A program made the translations under genes and the position numbers. From the human T2T-CHM13v2.0 reference genome, Homo sapiens, in assembly GCF_009914755.1 (NCBI RefSeq), contig NC_060939.1: DNA of 64,000 nt. One strand, written 5' to 3'. Positions 12,167 to 28,807 of the stretch are shown here, piece by piece (position 1 is the first letter of the stretch; each line of letters opens with the position of its first letter). The notes below the pieces were generated by a model, which ran no database searches, was not told the origin of the DNA, and worked only from the letters and a program-made list of their open reading frames with translations.

Positions 12167-15100
12167 TCAACTCTGTCAGTTGAATGCACACATCACAAGG
12201 AAATTTCTAAGAATGCTTCTGTCTAGTTTTTATGTGAAGATATTTCCTTTTCCACCGTAGGCCTCAAAGCCCTCCAAGTATCCACTTGTAAATTCTACAA
12301 AAAGAGAGTTTCAATACTTCTCAATCAAAAGAAAAGTTCAACTCTGTGGGGTGAATGCACACATCAAAAAACAGCTTCTCAGAATGCCTCTGTCTAGTTT
12401 TTATATGAAGATATTTCCTGTTCCACCATAGGCCACAAAGCACTCCAAATATCCATTTTCAGATTCCACAAAAAGAGTGTTTCAAAACTGCCCAATAAAA
12501 AAAAAGTTCAACTCTGTGAGATGAACGCACACCTCACAAAGAAGATTCTCAGAATGCTTCTGTGTAGTTTTTATGTGAAGATATTTCCTTTTCCACCATG
12601 GGCCCCAAAGGGCTCCAAATATCCACTTGCAGATTGTACAAAAAGAGTGTTTCAAAACTGCTCAATCAAAAGGAAGTTTCACCTTTGTGAGATGGATGCA
12701 CACATCACAGTACAGTTTCTCAGAGTGATTCTGTCTAGCTTTTATACGAAGATATTTCCTTTTCCCCCATAGGCTGCAAAGCGCTCCAAATATCCATTTG
12801 CAGATTCCACAAGAAGTGTGCTTCAAAACTGCTCAATCAAAAGAAAGGCTCAACTCTGTGAGATGAACGCACGCATCACAAAGAAGCTACTCGGAATGCT
12901 TCTGTCGAGCTTTTATGTGATGATATTTCCTTTTCCACCATAGGCCCCAAACCACTCCAAATATCTGCTTGCAGATACTAAAAAAAGAGTGTTTCAAAAC
13001 TTCTCAAACAAAAGCAAGGTTGAATTCTGTGAGATGAGCGTACACATCACAAAGAAGTTTCTGAGAATGCTTCTGTCTAGTTTTTATGTGAAGGTATTTC
13101 CTTTTCCACCATTGGCCGCAAAGCACTCCAAATATACACTTGCAGATTCTACAAAAAGAGTGTTTCACAGCTGCTCAATCAAAAGAAAGGCTGAACTCTG
13201 TGAGATGAATGCACTTATCAGAAAGAAGTTTCTTAGAATGCTTCTGTCTCGTTTTTAAGTGAAGACATTTCCTTTTCCATCATAGGCCTCAAAGCGCTCC
13301 AAATATCCACTTCCAGATTCTACAAAAAGAGTGTTTCAAAACTGAACCATCAAAAGAAAGGTTTAACACTATGAGACGAATGCACACATCACAAAGCTGT
13401 ATCTCAGAATGCTTCTGTCTAGTTTTTATGTGAAGATATTTCCTTTTCCACCATAGGACTCAAAGAACTCTAAATCTCCACTTGCAGATTCTACAGAGGG
13501 TTTCAAAACTGCTCAAGGAAAAGAAAGGTTCAACTCTGCGAGATGAATGGACACCTCACAGAGAAGTCTCTCAGAATTCTTCTGTGATGTTTTTATGTGA
13601 AGATAATGTTTTTCAACCATAGGCCTCAAAGCGCTCCATATATCCAATTGCAGATTCCACAAAAAGACTGTTTCAAAACTGTTCAATTGAAAGAAAGGTT
13701 CAACTCTGTGAGATGAATGCACAAATCACAAAGAGGTTTCTCAGAATGTTTCTGCCTAGTTTTTGTGCGAAGATAATTCCTTTTCCCACATAGGCCGCAA
13801 AGTGCTCCAAATACACACTTGCAGATTCTACATAAAGAGTTTTTCAAAACTGCTCAATCAAAAGAAACTGCTCATTCAACTCTGTGAGATGAATGTATAC
13901 ATCACAAAGTAGTTTCTCAGAATGCTTCCGTTTTTGTGTGAAGATATTTCCCTTTTCACCATAGGCCACAAGGCGTCCCAAATATCTACTGGCAGTTTCT
14001 ACAAAGAGACTGTTTCAAAACTGCTCAATCAAAAGAAAGACTCAACTCTGTGAGATGCATGCACACATCACAAAGTAGTTTCTCAGAGTGCTTCTGTCTA
14101 GTTTTTATGTGAAGATATTTCCTTTTCCACCATAGGCCTCAAAGTGCTCCAAATATTCACTTGCAGATTCTACAAAAAGAGTGTTTCAAAACTGCTCAAT
14201 AAAAAGACAGGTTCAACTCTGTGAGATGAATGCACACATCAAAAAGAAGTTTCCCAGAATACTTCTGTCTAGTTTTTATATGAAGGTATTGCCTTTTACA
14301 CCATAGGCCGCAAATCATGCCAAATATCCACTTGCAGATTCTCCGAAAAGGTGTTTCTTAACTACTCAATTAAAACAAAGGTTCAACTTTGTGTGATGGA
14401 CGCATACATTACAAGGAAGTTTCACAGAATGCTTCTGCCTAGATTTTAGGTGAAGGTATTTCCTTTTCCACCATAGTCCTCAAAAACCTTCAAATATCCA
14501 CTTACACATTCTCCAAAAGAGGGTTTCCAAACTGCTCAGTCAAAAGATAGGTTAAACACTGTGAGATGAATGCACACATCACAAAGGAGTTTCTCAGAAT
14601 GCTTCTGTCTACTTTTTATGTGAAGATATTTTCTTTTACACCATAGGCTGCAAATCGCTCCAAATATCCAATAGCAGACTCTAGAAAAGCAGAGTTGCAA
14701 ACTGCTCAATCAAAAGAAAGTTTCACCTTTATGTGATGAATGCACACATCACAAAGAAGTTTCTCAGAATGCTTCTGTCTGGTTTTTATGGGAAGATATT
14801 GCCTTTTCCACCATAGACCACAAAGCGCTCCAAATATCCTCTTGCAGGTTCTACAAAGAGAGTGTTTCAAAACTGCTCCATCAAAAGAAATGTACAACTC
14901 TGTGAGATGAACGCACACATCACAAAGAAGCTTCTCAGAATGATCTGTCTAGATTTTATGTGAAGATATTTCCTTTTCCAGCAAGGGCCTCAAAGCGCTC
15001 CAAATATCCACTTGCAGATTATACAAAAAGAGTTTTTCAAAAATGTTCAATCAAAAGAAAGGTTCAACTCTGTGTGATGAATGCACCCGTCACAAAGAAG

Positions 15101-15237
15101 TTTCTCAGAATGCTTCTGATTAGTTTTTATGTGAAGATATTTCCTTCTGCTCTATAGGATTCAAAGCGCTCCTAATATCCATTTTCAGATACTACCAAAA
15201 GACTGTCTCCACACTGCTCAATCAAAAGAATAGTTCA

Positions 15238-15543
15238 GGCCGGGCGCGGTGGCTCACGCCTGTAATCCCAGCGCTCTGGGAGGCCGAGGCGGGCGGATCA
15301 CGAGTTCAGGAGATCGAGACCATCCCGGCTAAAACGGTGAAACCCCGTCTCTACTAAAAATACAAAAAATTAGCCGGGCGTAGTGGCGGGCGCCTGTAGT
15401 CCCAGCTACTTGGGAGGCTGAGGCAGGAGAATGACGTGAACCCGGGAGGCGGAGCTTGCAGTGAGCCGAGATCCCGGCCAACTGCGCTCCAGCCTGGGCG
15501 ACAGAGCGAGACTCCGTCTCAAAAAAAAAAAAAAAAAAAAAAA
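15238..15543 (+). mobile_element. AluYa5, array copy 3 (A23)
   Basis: Same sequence, flanks and TSD; private GCTCTGGG variant. Confidence 0.95.
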
Positions 15544-18500
15544 GAAAAGAGTAGTTCAACTCTGTCAGTTGAATGCACACATCACAAGGTCACAAGGAAA
15601 TTTCTAAGAATGCTTCTGTCTAGTTTTTATGTGAAGATATTTCCTTTTCCACCGTAGGCCTCAAAGCCCTCCAAGTATCCACTTGTAAATTCTACAAAAA
15701 GAGAGTTTCAATACTTCTCAATCAAAAGAAAAGTTCAACTCTGTGGGGTGAATGCACACATCAAAAAACAGCTTCTCAGAATGCCTCTGTCTAGTTTTTA
15801 TATGAAGATATTTCCTGTTCCACCATAGGCCACAAAGCACTCCAAATATCCATTTTCAGATTCCACAAAAAGAGTGTTTCAAAACTGCCCAATAAAAAAA
15901 AAGTTCAACTCTGTGAGATGAACGCACACCTCACAAAGAAGATTCTCAGAATGCTTCTGTGTAGTTTTTATGTGAAGATATTTCCTTTTCCACCATGGGC
16001 CCCAAAGGGCTCCAAATATCCACTTGCAGATTGTACAAAAAGAGTGTTTCAAAACTGCTCAATCAAAAGGAAGTTTCACCTTTGTGAGATGGATGCACAC
16101 ATCACAGTACAGTTTCTCAGAGTGATTCTGTCTAGCTTTTATACGAAGATATTTCCTTTTCCCCCATAGGCTGCAAAGCGCTCCAAATATCCATTTGCAG
16201 ATTCCACAAGAAGTGTGCTTCAAAACTGCTCAATCAAAAGAAAGGCTCAACTCTGTGAGATGAACGCACGCATCACAAAGAAGCTACTCGGAATGCTTCT
16301 GTCGAGCTTTTATGTGATGATATTTCCTTTTCCACCATAGGCCCCAAACCACTCCAAATATCTGCTTGCAGATACTAAAAAAAGAGTGTTTCAAAACTTC
16401 TCAAACAAAAGCAAGGTTGAATTCTGTGAGATGAGCGTACACATCACAAAGAAGTTTCTGAGAATGCTTCTGTCTAGTTTTTATGTGAAGGTATTTCCTT
16501 TTCCACCATTGGCCGCAAAGCACTCCAAATATACACTTGCAGATTCTACAAAAAGAGTGTTTCACAGCTGCTCAATCAAAAGAAAGGCTGAACTCTGTGA
16601 GATGAATGCACTTATCAGAAAGAAGTTTCTTAGAATGCTTCTGTCTCGTTTTTAAGTGAAGACATTTCCTTTTCCATCATAGGCCTCAAAGCGCTCCAAA
16701 TATCCACTTCCAGATTCTACAAAAAGAGTGTTTCAAAACTGAACCATCAAAAGAAAGGTTTAACACTATGAGACGAATGCACACATCACAAAGCTGTATC
16801 TCAGAATGCTTCTGTCTAGTTTTTATGTGAAGATATTTCCTTTTCCACCATAGGACTCAAAGAACTCTAAATCTCCACTTGCAGATTCTACAGAGGGTTT
16901 CAAAACTGCTCAAGGAAAAGAAAGGTTCAACTCTGCGAGATGAATGGACACCTCACAGAGAAGTCTCTCAGAATTCTTCTGTGATGTTTTTATGTGAAGA
17001 TAATGCTTTTCAACCATAGGCCTCAAAGCGCTCCATATATCCAATTGCAGATTCCACAAAAAGACTGTTTCAAAACTGTTCAATTGAAAGAAAGGTTCAA
17101 CTCTGTGAGATGAATGCACAAATCACAAAGAGGTTTCTCAGCATGTTTCTGCCTAGTTTTTGTGCGAAGATAATTCCTTTTCCCACATAGGCCGCAAAGT
17201 GCTCCAAATACACACTTGCAGATTCTACATAAAGAGTTTTTCAAAACTGCTCAATCAAAAGAAACTGCTCATTCAACTCTGTGAGATGAATGTATACATC
17301 ACAAAGTAGTTTCTCAGAATGCTTCCGTTTTTGTGTGAAGATATTTCCCTTTTCACCATAGGCCACAAGGCGTCCCAAATATCTACTGGCAGTTTCTACA
17401 AAGAGACTGTTTCAAAACTGCTCAATCAAAAGAAAGACTCAACTCTGTGAGATGCATGCACACATCACAAAGTAGTTTCTCAGAGTGCTTCTGTCTAGTT
17501 TTTATGTGAAGATATTTCCTTTTCCACCATAGGCCTCAAAGTGCTCCAAATATTCACTTGCAGATTCTACAAAAAGAGTGTTTCAAAACTGCTCAATAAA
17601 AAGACAGGTTCAACTCTGTGAGATGAATGCACACATCAAAAAGAAGTTTCCCAGAATACTTCTGTCTAGTTTTTATATGAAGGTATTGCCTTTTACACCA
17701 TAGGCCGCAAATCATGCCAAATATCCACTTGCAGATTCTCCAAAAAGGTGTTTCTTAACTACTCAATTAAAACAAAGGTTCAACTTTGTGTGATGGACGC
17801 ATACATTACAAGGAAGTTTCACAGAATGCTTCTGCCTAGATTTTAGGTGAAGGTATTTCCTTTTCCACCATAGTCCTCAAAAACCTTCAAATATCCACTT
17901 ACACATTCTCCAAAAGAGGGTTTCCAAACTGCTCAGTCAAAAGATAGGTTAAACACTGTGAGATGAATGCACACATCACAAAGGAGTTTCTCAGAATGCT
18001 TCTGTCTACTTTTTATGTGAAGATATTTTCTTTTACACCATAGGCTGCAAATCGCTCCAAATATCCAATAGCAGACTCTAGAAAAGCAGAGTTGCAAACT
18101 GCTCAATCAAAAGAAAGTTTCACCTTTATGTGATGAATGCACACATCACAAAGAAGTTTCTCAGAATGCTTCTGTCTGGTTTTTATGGGAAGATATTGCC
18201 TTTTCCACCATAGACCACAAAGCGCTCCAAATATCCTCTTGCAGGTTCTACAAAGAGAGTGTTTCAAAACTGCTCCATCAAAAGAAATGTACAACTCTGT
18301 GAGATGAACGCACACATCACAAAGAAGCTTCTCAGAATGATCTGTCTAGATTTTATGTGAAGATATTTCCTTTTCCAGCAAGGGCCTCAAAGCGCTCCAA
18401 ATATCCACTTGCAGATTATACAAAAAGAGTTTTTCAAAAATGTTCAATCAAAAGAAAGGTTCAACTCTGTGTGATGAATGCACCCGTCACAAAGAAGTTT

Positions 18501-18634
18501 CTCAGAATGCTTCTGATTAGTTTTTATGTGAAGATATTTCCTTCTGCTCTATAGGATTCAAAGCGCTCCTAATATCCATTTTCAGATACTACCAAAAGAC
18601 TGTCTCCACACTGCTCAATCAAAAGAATAGTTCA

Positions 18635-18953
<319 letters not shown>

Positions 18954-21900
18954 TCAACTCTGTCAGTTGAATGCACACATCACAAGGAAATTTCTAAGAA
19001 TGCTTCTGTCTAGTTTTTATGTGAAGATATTTCCTTTTCCACCGTAGGCCTCAAAGCCCTCCAAGTATCCACTTGTAAATTCTACAAAAAGAGAGTTTCA
19101 ATACTTCTCAATCAAAAGAAAAGTTCAACTCTGTGGGGTGAATGCACACATCAAAAAACAGCTTCTCAGAATGCCTCTGTCTAGTTTTTATATGAAGATA
19201 TTTCCTGTTCCACCATAGGCCACAAAGCACTCCAAATATCCATTTTCAGATTCCACAAAAAGAGTGTTTCAAAACTGCCCAATAAAAAAAAAGTTCAACT
19301 CTGTGAGATGAAGGCACACCTCACAAAGAAGATTCTCAGAATGCTTCTGTGTAGTTTTTATGTGAAGATATTTCCTTTTCCACCATGGGCCCCAAAGGGC
19401 TCCAAATATCCACTTGCAGATTGTACAAAAAGAGTGTTTCAAAACTGCTCAATCAAAAGGAAGTTTCACCTTTGTGAGATGGATGCACACATCACAGTAC
19501 AGTTTCTCAGAGTGATTCTGTCTAGCTTTTATACGAAGATATTTCCTTTTCCCCCATAGGCTGCAAAGCGCTCCAAATATCCATTTGCAGATTCCACAAG
19601 AAGTGTGCTTCAAAACTGCTCAATCAAAAGAAAGGCTCAACTCTGTGAGATGAACGCACGCATCACAAAGAAGCTACTCGGAATGCTTCTGTCGAGCTTT
19701 TATGTGATGATATTTCCTTTTCCACCATAGGCCCCAAACCACTCCAAATATCTGCTTGCAGATACTAAAAAAAGAGTGTTTCAAAACTTCTCAAACAAAA
19801 GCAAGGTTGAATTCTGTGAGATGAGCGTACACATCACAAAGAAGTTTCTGAGAATGCTTCTGTCTAGTTTTTATGTGAAGGTATTTCCTTTTCCACCATT
19901 GGCCGCAAAGCACTCCAAATATACACTTGCAGATTCTACAAAAAGAGTGTTTCACAGCTGCTCAATCAAAAGAAAGGCTGAACTCTGTGAGATGAATGCA
20001 CTTATCAGAAAGAAGTTTCTTAGAATGCTTCTGTCTCGTTTTTAAGTGAAGACATTTCCTTTTCCATCATAGGCCTCAAAGCGCTCCAAATATCCACTTC
20101 CAGATTCTACAAAAAGAGTGTTTCAAAACTGAACCATCAAAAGAAAGGTTTAACACTATGAGACGAATGCACACATCACAAAGCTGTATCTCAGAATGCT
20201 TCTGTCTAGTTTTTATGTGAAGATATTTCCTTTTCCACCATAGGACTCAAAGAACTCTAAATCTCCACTTGCAGATTCTACAGAGGGTTTCAAAACTGCT
20301 CAAGGAAAAGAAAGGTTCAACTCTGCGAGATGAATGGACACCTCACAGAGAAGTCTCTCAGAATTCTTCTGTGATGTTTTTATGTGAAGATAATGCTTTT
20401 CAACCATAGGCCTCAAAGCGCTCCATATATCCAATTGCAGATTCCACAAAAAGACTGTTTCAAAACTGTTCAATTGAAAGAAAGGTTCAACTCTGTGAGA
20501 TGAATGCACAAATCACAAAGAGGTTTCTCAGAATGTTTCTGCCTAGTTTTTGTGCGAAGATAATTCCTTTTCCCACATAGGCCGCAAAGTGCTCCAAATA
20601 CACACTTGCAGATTCTACATAAAGAGTTTTTCAAAACTGCTCAATCAAAAGAAACTGCTCATTCAACTCTGTGAGATGAATGTATACATCACAAAGTAGT
20701 TTCTCAGAATGCTTCCGTTTTTGTGTGAAGATATTTCCCTTTTCACCATAGGCCACAAGGCGTCCCAAATATCTACTGGCAGTTTCTACAAAGAGACTGT
20801 TTCAAAACTGCTCAATCAAAAGAAAGACTCAACTCTGTGAGATGCATGCACACATCACAAAGTAGTTTCTCAGAGTGCTTCTGTCTAGTTTTTATGTGAA
20901 GATATTTCCTTTTCCACCATAGGCCTCAAAGTGCTCCAAATATTCACTTGCAGATTCTACAAAAAGAGTGTTTCAAAACTGCTCAATAAAAAGACAGGTT
21001 CAACTCTGTGAGATGAATGCACACATCAAAAAGAAGTTTCCCAGAATACTTCTGTCTAGTTTTTATATGAAGGTATTGCCTTTTACACCATAGGCCGCAA
21101 ATCATGCCAAATATCCACTTGCAGATTCTCCAAAAAGGTGTTTCTTAACTACTCAATTAAAACAAAGGTTCAACTTTGTGTGATGGACGCATACATTACA
21201 AGGAAGTTTCACAGAATGCTTCTGCCTAGATTTTAGGTGAAGGTATTTCCTTTTCCACCATAGTCCTCAAAAACCTTCAAATATCCACTTACACATTCTC
21301 CAAAAGAGGGTTTCCAAACTGCTCAGTCAAAAGATAGGTTAAACACTGTGAGATGAATGCACACATCACAAAGGAGTTTCTCAGAATGCTTCTGTCTACT
21401 TTTTATGTGAAGATATTTTCTTTTACACCATAGGCTGCAAATCGCTCCAAATATCCAATAGCAGACTCTAGAAAAGCAGAGTTGCAAACTGCTCAATCAA
21501 AAGAAAGTTTCACCTTTATGTGATGAATGCACACATCACAAAGAAGTTTCTCAGAATGCTTCTGTCTGGTTTTTATGGGAAGATATTGCCTTTTCCACCA
21601 TAGACCACAAAGCGCTCCAAATATCCTCTTGCAGGTTCTACAAAGAGAGTGTTTCAAAACTGCTCCATCAAAAGAAATGTACAACTCTGTGAGATGAACG
21701 CACACATCACAAAGAAGCTTCTCAGAATGATCTGTCTAGATTTTATGTGAAGATATTTCCTTTTCCAGCAAGGGCCTCAAAGCGCTCCAAATATCCACTT
21801 GCAGATTATACAAAAAGAGTTTTTCAAAAATGTTCAATCAAAAGAAAGGTTCAACTCTGTGTGATGAATGCACCCGTCACAAAGAAGTTTCTCAGAATGC

Positions 21901-22024
21901 TTCTGATTAGTTTTTATGTGAAGATATTTCCTTCTGCTCTATAGGATTCAAAGCGCTCCTAATATCCATTTTCAGATACTACCAAAAGACTGTCTCCACA
22001 CTGCTCAATCAAAAGAATAGTTCA

Positions 22025-22343
<319 letters not shown>

Positions 22344-25300
22344 TCAACTCTGTCAGTTGAATGCACACATCACAAGGAAATTTCTAAGAATGCTTCTGTC
22401 TAGTTTTTATGTGAAGATATTTCCTTTTCCACCGTAGGCCTCAAAGCCCTCCAAGTATCCACTTGTAAATTCTACAAAAAGAGAGTTTCAATACTTCTCA
22501 ATCAAAAGAAAAGTTCAACTCTGTGGGGTGAATGCACACATCAAAAAACAGCTTCTCAGAATGCCTCTGTCTAGTTTTTATATGAAGATATTTCCTGTTC
22601 CACCATAGGCCACAAAGCACTCCAAATATCCATTTTCAGATTCCACAAAAAGAGTGTTTCAAAACTGCCCAATAAAAAAAAAGTTCAACTCTGTGAGATG
22701 AACGCACACCTCACAAAGAAGATTCTCAGAATGCTTCTGTGTAGTTTTTATGTGAAGATATTTCCTTTTCCACCATGGGCCCCAAAGGGCTCCAAATATC
22801 CACTTGCAGATTGTACAAAAAGAGTGTTTCAAAACTGCTCAATCAAAAGGAAGTTTCACCTTTGTGAGATGGATGCACACATCACAGTACAGTTTCTCAG
22901 AGTGATTCTGTCTAGCTTTTATACGAAGATATTTCCTTTTCCCCCATAGGCTGCAAAGCGCTCCAAATATCCATTTGCAGATTCCACAAGAAGTGTGCTT
23001 CAAAACTGCTCAATCAAAAGAAAGGCTCAACTCTGTGAGATGAACGCACGCATCACAAAGAAGCTACTCGGAATGCTTCTGTCGAGCTTTTATGTGATGA
23101 TATTTCCTTTTCCACCATAGGCCCCAAACCACTCCAAATATCTGCTTGCAGATACTAAAAAAAGAGTGTTTCAAAACTTCTCAAACAAAAGCAAGGTTGA
23201 ATTCTGTGAGATGAGCGTACACATCACAAAGAAGTTTCTGAGAATGCTTCTGTCTAGTTTTTATGTGAAGGTATTTCCTTTTCCACCATTGGCCGCAAAG
23301 CACTCCAAATATACACTTGCAGATTCTACAAAAAGAGTGTTTCACAGCTGCTCAATCAAAAGAAAGGCTGAACTCTGTGAGATGAATGCACTTATCAGAA
23401 AGAAGTTTCTTAGAATGCTTCTGTCTCGTTTTTAAGTGAAGACATTTCCTTTTCCATCATAGGCCTCAAAGCGCTCCAAATATCCACTTCCAGATTCTAC
23501 AAAAAGAGTGTTTCAAAACTGAACCATCAAAAGAAAGGTTTAACACTATGAGACGAATGCACACATCACAAAGCTGTATCTCAGAATGCTTCTGTCTAGT
23601 TTTTATGTGAAGATATTTCCTTTTCCACCATAGGACTCAAAGAACTCTAAATCTCCACTTGCAGATTCTACAGAGGGTTTCAAAACTGCTCAAGGAAAAG
23701 AAAGGTTCAACTCTGCGAGATGAATGGACACCTCACAGAGAAGTCTCTCAGAATTCTTCTGTGATGTTTTTATGTGAAGATAATGCTTTTCAACCATAGG
23801 CCTCAAAGCGCTCCATATATCCAATTGCAGATTCCACAAAAAGACTGTTTCAAAACTGTTCAATTGAAAGAAAGGTTCAACTCTGTGAGATGAATGCACA
23901 AATCACAAAGAGGTTTCTCAGCATGTTTCTGCCTAGTTTTTGTGCGAAGATAATTCCTTTTCCCACATAGGCCGCAAAGTGCTCCAAATACACACTTGCA
24001 GATTCTACATAAAGAGTTTTTCAAAACTGCTCAATCAAAAGAAACTGCTCATTCAACTCTGTGAGATGAATGTATACATCACAAAGTAGTTTCTCAGAAT
24101 GCTTCCGTTTTTGTGTGAAGATATTTCCCTTTTCACCATAGGCCACAAGGCGTCCCAAATATCTACTGGCAGTTTCTACAAAGAGACTGTTTCAAAACTG
24201 CTCAATCAAAAGAAAGACTCAACTCTGTGAGATGCATGCACACATCACAAAGTAGTTTCTCAGAGTGCTTCTGTCTAGTTTTTATGTGAAGATATTTCCT
24301 TTTCCACCATAGGCCTCAAAGTGCTCCAAATATTCACTTGCAGATTCTACAAAAAGAGTGTTTCAAAACTGCTCAATAAAAAGACAGGTTCAACTCTGTG
24401 AGATGAATGCACACATCAAAAAGAAGTTTCCCAGAATACTTCTGTCTAGTTTTTATATGAAGGTATTGCCTTTTACACCATAGGCCGCAAATCATGCCAA
24501 ATATCCACTTGCAGATTCTCCAAAAAGGTGTTTCTTAACTACTCAATTAAAACAAAGGTTCAACTTTGTGTGATGGACGCATACATTACAAGGAAGTTTC
24601 ACAGAATGCTTCTGCCTAGATTTTAGGTGAAGGTATTTCCTTTTCCACCATAGTCCTCAAAAACCTTCAAATATCCACTTACACATTCTCCAAAAGAGGG
24701 TTTCCAAACTGCTCAGTCAAAAGATAGGTTAAACACTGTGAGATGAATGCACACATCACAAAGGAGTTTCTCAGAATGCTTCTGTCTACTTTTTATGTGA
24801 AGATATTTTCTTTTACACCATAGGCTGCAAATCGCTCCAAATATCCAATAGCAGACTCTAGAAAAGCAGAGTTGCAAACTGCTCAATCAAAAGAAAGTTT
24901 CACCTTTATGTGATGAATGCACACATCACAAAGAAGTTTCTCAGAATGCTTCTGTCTGGTTTTTATGGGAAGATATTGCCTTTTCCACCATAGACCACAA
25001 AGCGCTCCAAATATCCTCTTGCAGGTTCTACAAAGAGAGTGTTTCAAAACTGCTCCATCAAAAGAAATGTACAACTCTGTGAGATGAACGCACACATCAC
25101 AAAGAAGCTTCTCAGAATGATCTGTCTAGATTTTATGTGAAGATATTTCCTTTTCCAGCAAGGGCCTCAAAGCGCTCCAAATATCCACTTGCAGATTATA
25201 CAAAAAGAGTTTTTCAAAAATGTTCAATCAAAAGAAAGGTTCAACTCTGTGTGATGAATGCACCCGTCACAAAGAAGTTTCTCAGAATGCTTCTGATTAG

Positions 25301-25414
25301 TTTTTATGTGAAGATATTTCCTTCTGCTCTATAGGATTCAAAGCGCTCCTAATATCCATTTTCAGATACTACCAAAAGACTGTCTCCACACTGCTCAATC
25401 AAAAGAATAGTTCA

Positions 25415-25736
<322 letters not shown>

Positions 25737-28700
25737 TCAACTCTGTCAGTTGAATGCACACATCACAAGGAAATTTCTAAGAATGCTTCTGTCTAGTTTT
25801 TATGTGAAGATATTTCCTTTTCCACCGTAGGCCTCAAAGCCCTCCAAGTATCCACTTGTAAATTCTACAAAAAGAGAGTTTCAATACTTCTCAATCAAAA
25901 GAAAAGTTCAACTCTGTGGGGTGAATGCACACATCAAAAAACAGCTTCTCAGAATGCCTCTGTCTAGTTTTTATATGAAGATATTTCCTGTTCCACCATA
26001 GGCCACAAAGCACTCCAAATATCCATTTTCAGATTCCACAAAAAGAGTGTTTCAAAACTGCCCAATAAAAAAAAAGTTCAACTCTGTGAGATGAACGCAC
26101 ACCTCACAAAGAAGATTCTCAGAATGCTTCTGTGTAGTTTTTATGTGAAGATATTTCCTTTTCCACCATGGGCCCCAAAGGGCTCCAAATATCCACTTGC
26201 AGATTGTACAAAAAGAGTGTTTCAAAACTGCTCAATCAAAAGGAAGTTTCACCTTTGTGAGATGGATGCACACATCACAGTACAGTTTCTCAGAGTGATT
26301 CTGTCTAGCTTTTATACGAAGATATTTCCTTTTCCCCCATAGGCTGCAAAGCGCTCCAAATATCCATTTGCAGATTCCACAAGAAGTGTGCTTCAAAACT
26401 GCTCAATCAAAAGAAAGGCTCAACTCTGTGAGATGAACGCACGCATCACAAAGAAGCTACTCGGAATGCTTCTGTCGAGCTTTTATGTGATGATATTTCC
26501 TTTTCCACCATAGGCCCCAAACCACTCCAAATATCTGCTTGCAGATACTAAAAAAAGAGTGTTTCAAAACTTCTCAAACAAAAGCAAGGTTGAATTCTGT
26601 GAGATGAGCGTACACATCACAAAGAAGTTTCTGAGAATGCTTCTGTCTAGTTTTTATGTGAAGGTATTTCCTTTTCCACCATTGGCCGCAAAGCACTCCA
26701 AATATACACTTGCAGATTCTACAAAAAGAGTGTTTCACAGCTGCTCAATCAAAAGAAAGGCTGAACTCTGTGAGATGAATGCACTTATCAGAAAGAAGTT
26801 TCTTAGAATGCTTCTGTCTCGTTTTTAAGTGAAGACATTTCCTTTTCCATCATAGGCCTCAAAGCGCTCCAAATATCCACTTCCAGATTCTACAAAAAGA
26901 GTGTTTCAAAACTGAACCATCAAAAGAAAGGTTTAACACTATGAGACGAATGCACACATCACAAAGCTGTATCTCAGAATGCTTCTGTCTAGTTTTTATG
27001 TGAAGATATTTCCTTTTCCACCATAGGACTCAAAGAACTCTAAATCTCCACTTGCAGATTCTACAGAGGGTTTCAAAACTGCTCAAGGAAAAGAAAGGTT
27101 CAACTCTGCGAGATGAATGGACACCTCACAGAGAAGTCTCTCAGAATTCTTCTGTGATGTTTTTATGTGAAGATAATGCTTTTCAACCATAGGCCTCAAA
27201 GCGCTCCATATATCCAATTGCAGATTCCACAAAAAGACTGTTTCAAAACTGTTCAATTGAAAGAAAGGTTCAACTCTGTGAGATGAATGCACAAATCACA
27301 AAGAGGTTTCTCAGAATGTTTCTGCCTAGTTTTTGTGCGAAGATAATTCCTTTTCCCACATAGGCCGCAAAGTGCTCCAAATACACACTTGCAGATTCTA
27401 CATAAAGAGTTTTTCAAAACTGCTCAATCAAAAGAAACTGCTCATTCAACTCTGTGAGATGAATGTATACATCACAAAGTAGTTTCTCAGAATGCTTCCG
27501 TTTTTGTGTGAAGATATTTCCCTTTTCACCATAGGCCACAAGGCGTCCCAAATATCTACTGGCAGTTTCTACAAAGAGACTGTTTCAAAACTGCTCAATC
27601 AAAAGAAAGACTCAACTCTGTGAGATGCATGCACACATCACAAAGTAGTTTCTCAGAGTGCTTCTGTCTAGTTTTTATGTGAAGATATTTCCTTTTCCAC
27701 CATAGGCCTCAAAGTGCTCCAAATATTCACTTGCAGATTCTACAAAAAGAGTGTTTCAAAACTGCTCAATAAAAAGACAGGTTCAACTCTGTGAGATGAA
27801 TGCACACATCAAAAAGAAGTTTCCCAGAATACTTCTGTCTAGTTTTTATATGAAGGTATTGCCTTTTACACCATAGGCCGCAAATCATGCCAAATATCCA
27901 CTTGCAGATTCTCCGAAAAGGTGTTTCTTAACTACTCAATTAAAACAAAGGTTCAACTTTGTGTGATGGACGCATACATTACAAGGAAGTTTCACAGAAT
28001 GCTTCTGCCTAGATTTTAGGTGAAGGTATTTCCTTTTCCACCATAGTCCTCAAAAACCTTCAAATATCCACTTACACATTCTCCAAAAGAGGGTTTCCAA
28101 ACTGCTCAGTCAAAAGATAGGTTAAACACTGTGAGATGAATGCACACATCACAAAGGAGTTTCTCAGAATGCTTCTGTCTACTTTTTATGTGAAGATATT
28201 TTCTTTTACACCATAGGCTGCAAATCGCTCCAAATATCCAATAGCAGACTCTAGAAAAGCAGAGTTGCAAACTGCTCAATCAAAAGAAAGTTTCACCTTT
28301 ATGTGATGAATGCACACATCACAAAGAAGTTTCTCAGAATGCTTCTGTCTGGTTTTTATGGGAAGATATTGCCTTTTCCACCATAGACCACAAAGCGCTC
28401 CAAATATCCTCTTGCAGGTTCTACAAAGAGAGTGTTTCAAAACTGCTCCATCAAAAGAAATGTACAACTCTGTGAGATGAACGCACACATCACAAAGAAG
28501 CTTCTCAGAATGATCTGTCTAGATTTTATGTGAAGATATTTCCTTTTCCAGCAAGGGCCTCAAAGCGCTCCAAATATCCACTTGCAGATTATACAAAAAG
28601 AGTTTTTCAAAAATGTTCAATCAAAAGAAAGGTTCAACTCTGTGTGATGAATGCACCCGTCACAAAGAAGTTTCTCAGAATGCTTCTGATTAGTTTTTAT

Positions 28701-28807
28701 GTGAAGATATTTCCTTCTGCTCTATAGGATTCAAAGCGCTCCTAATATCCATTTTCAGATACTACCAAAAGACTGTCTCCACACTGCTCAATCAAAAGAA
28801 TAGTTCA

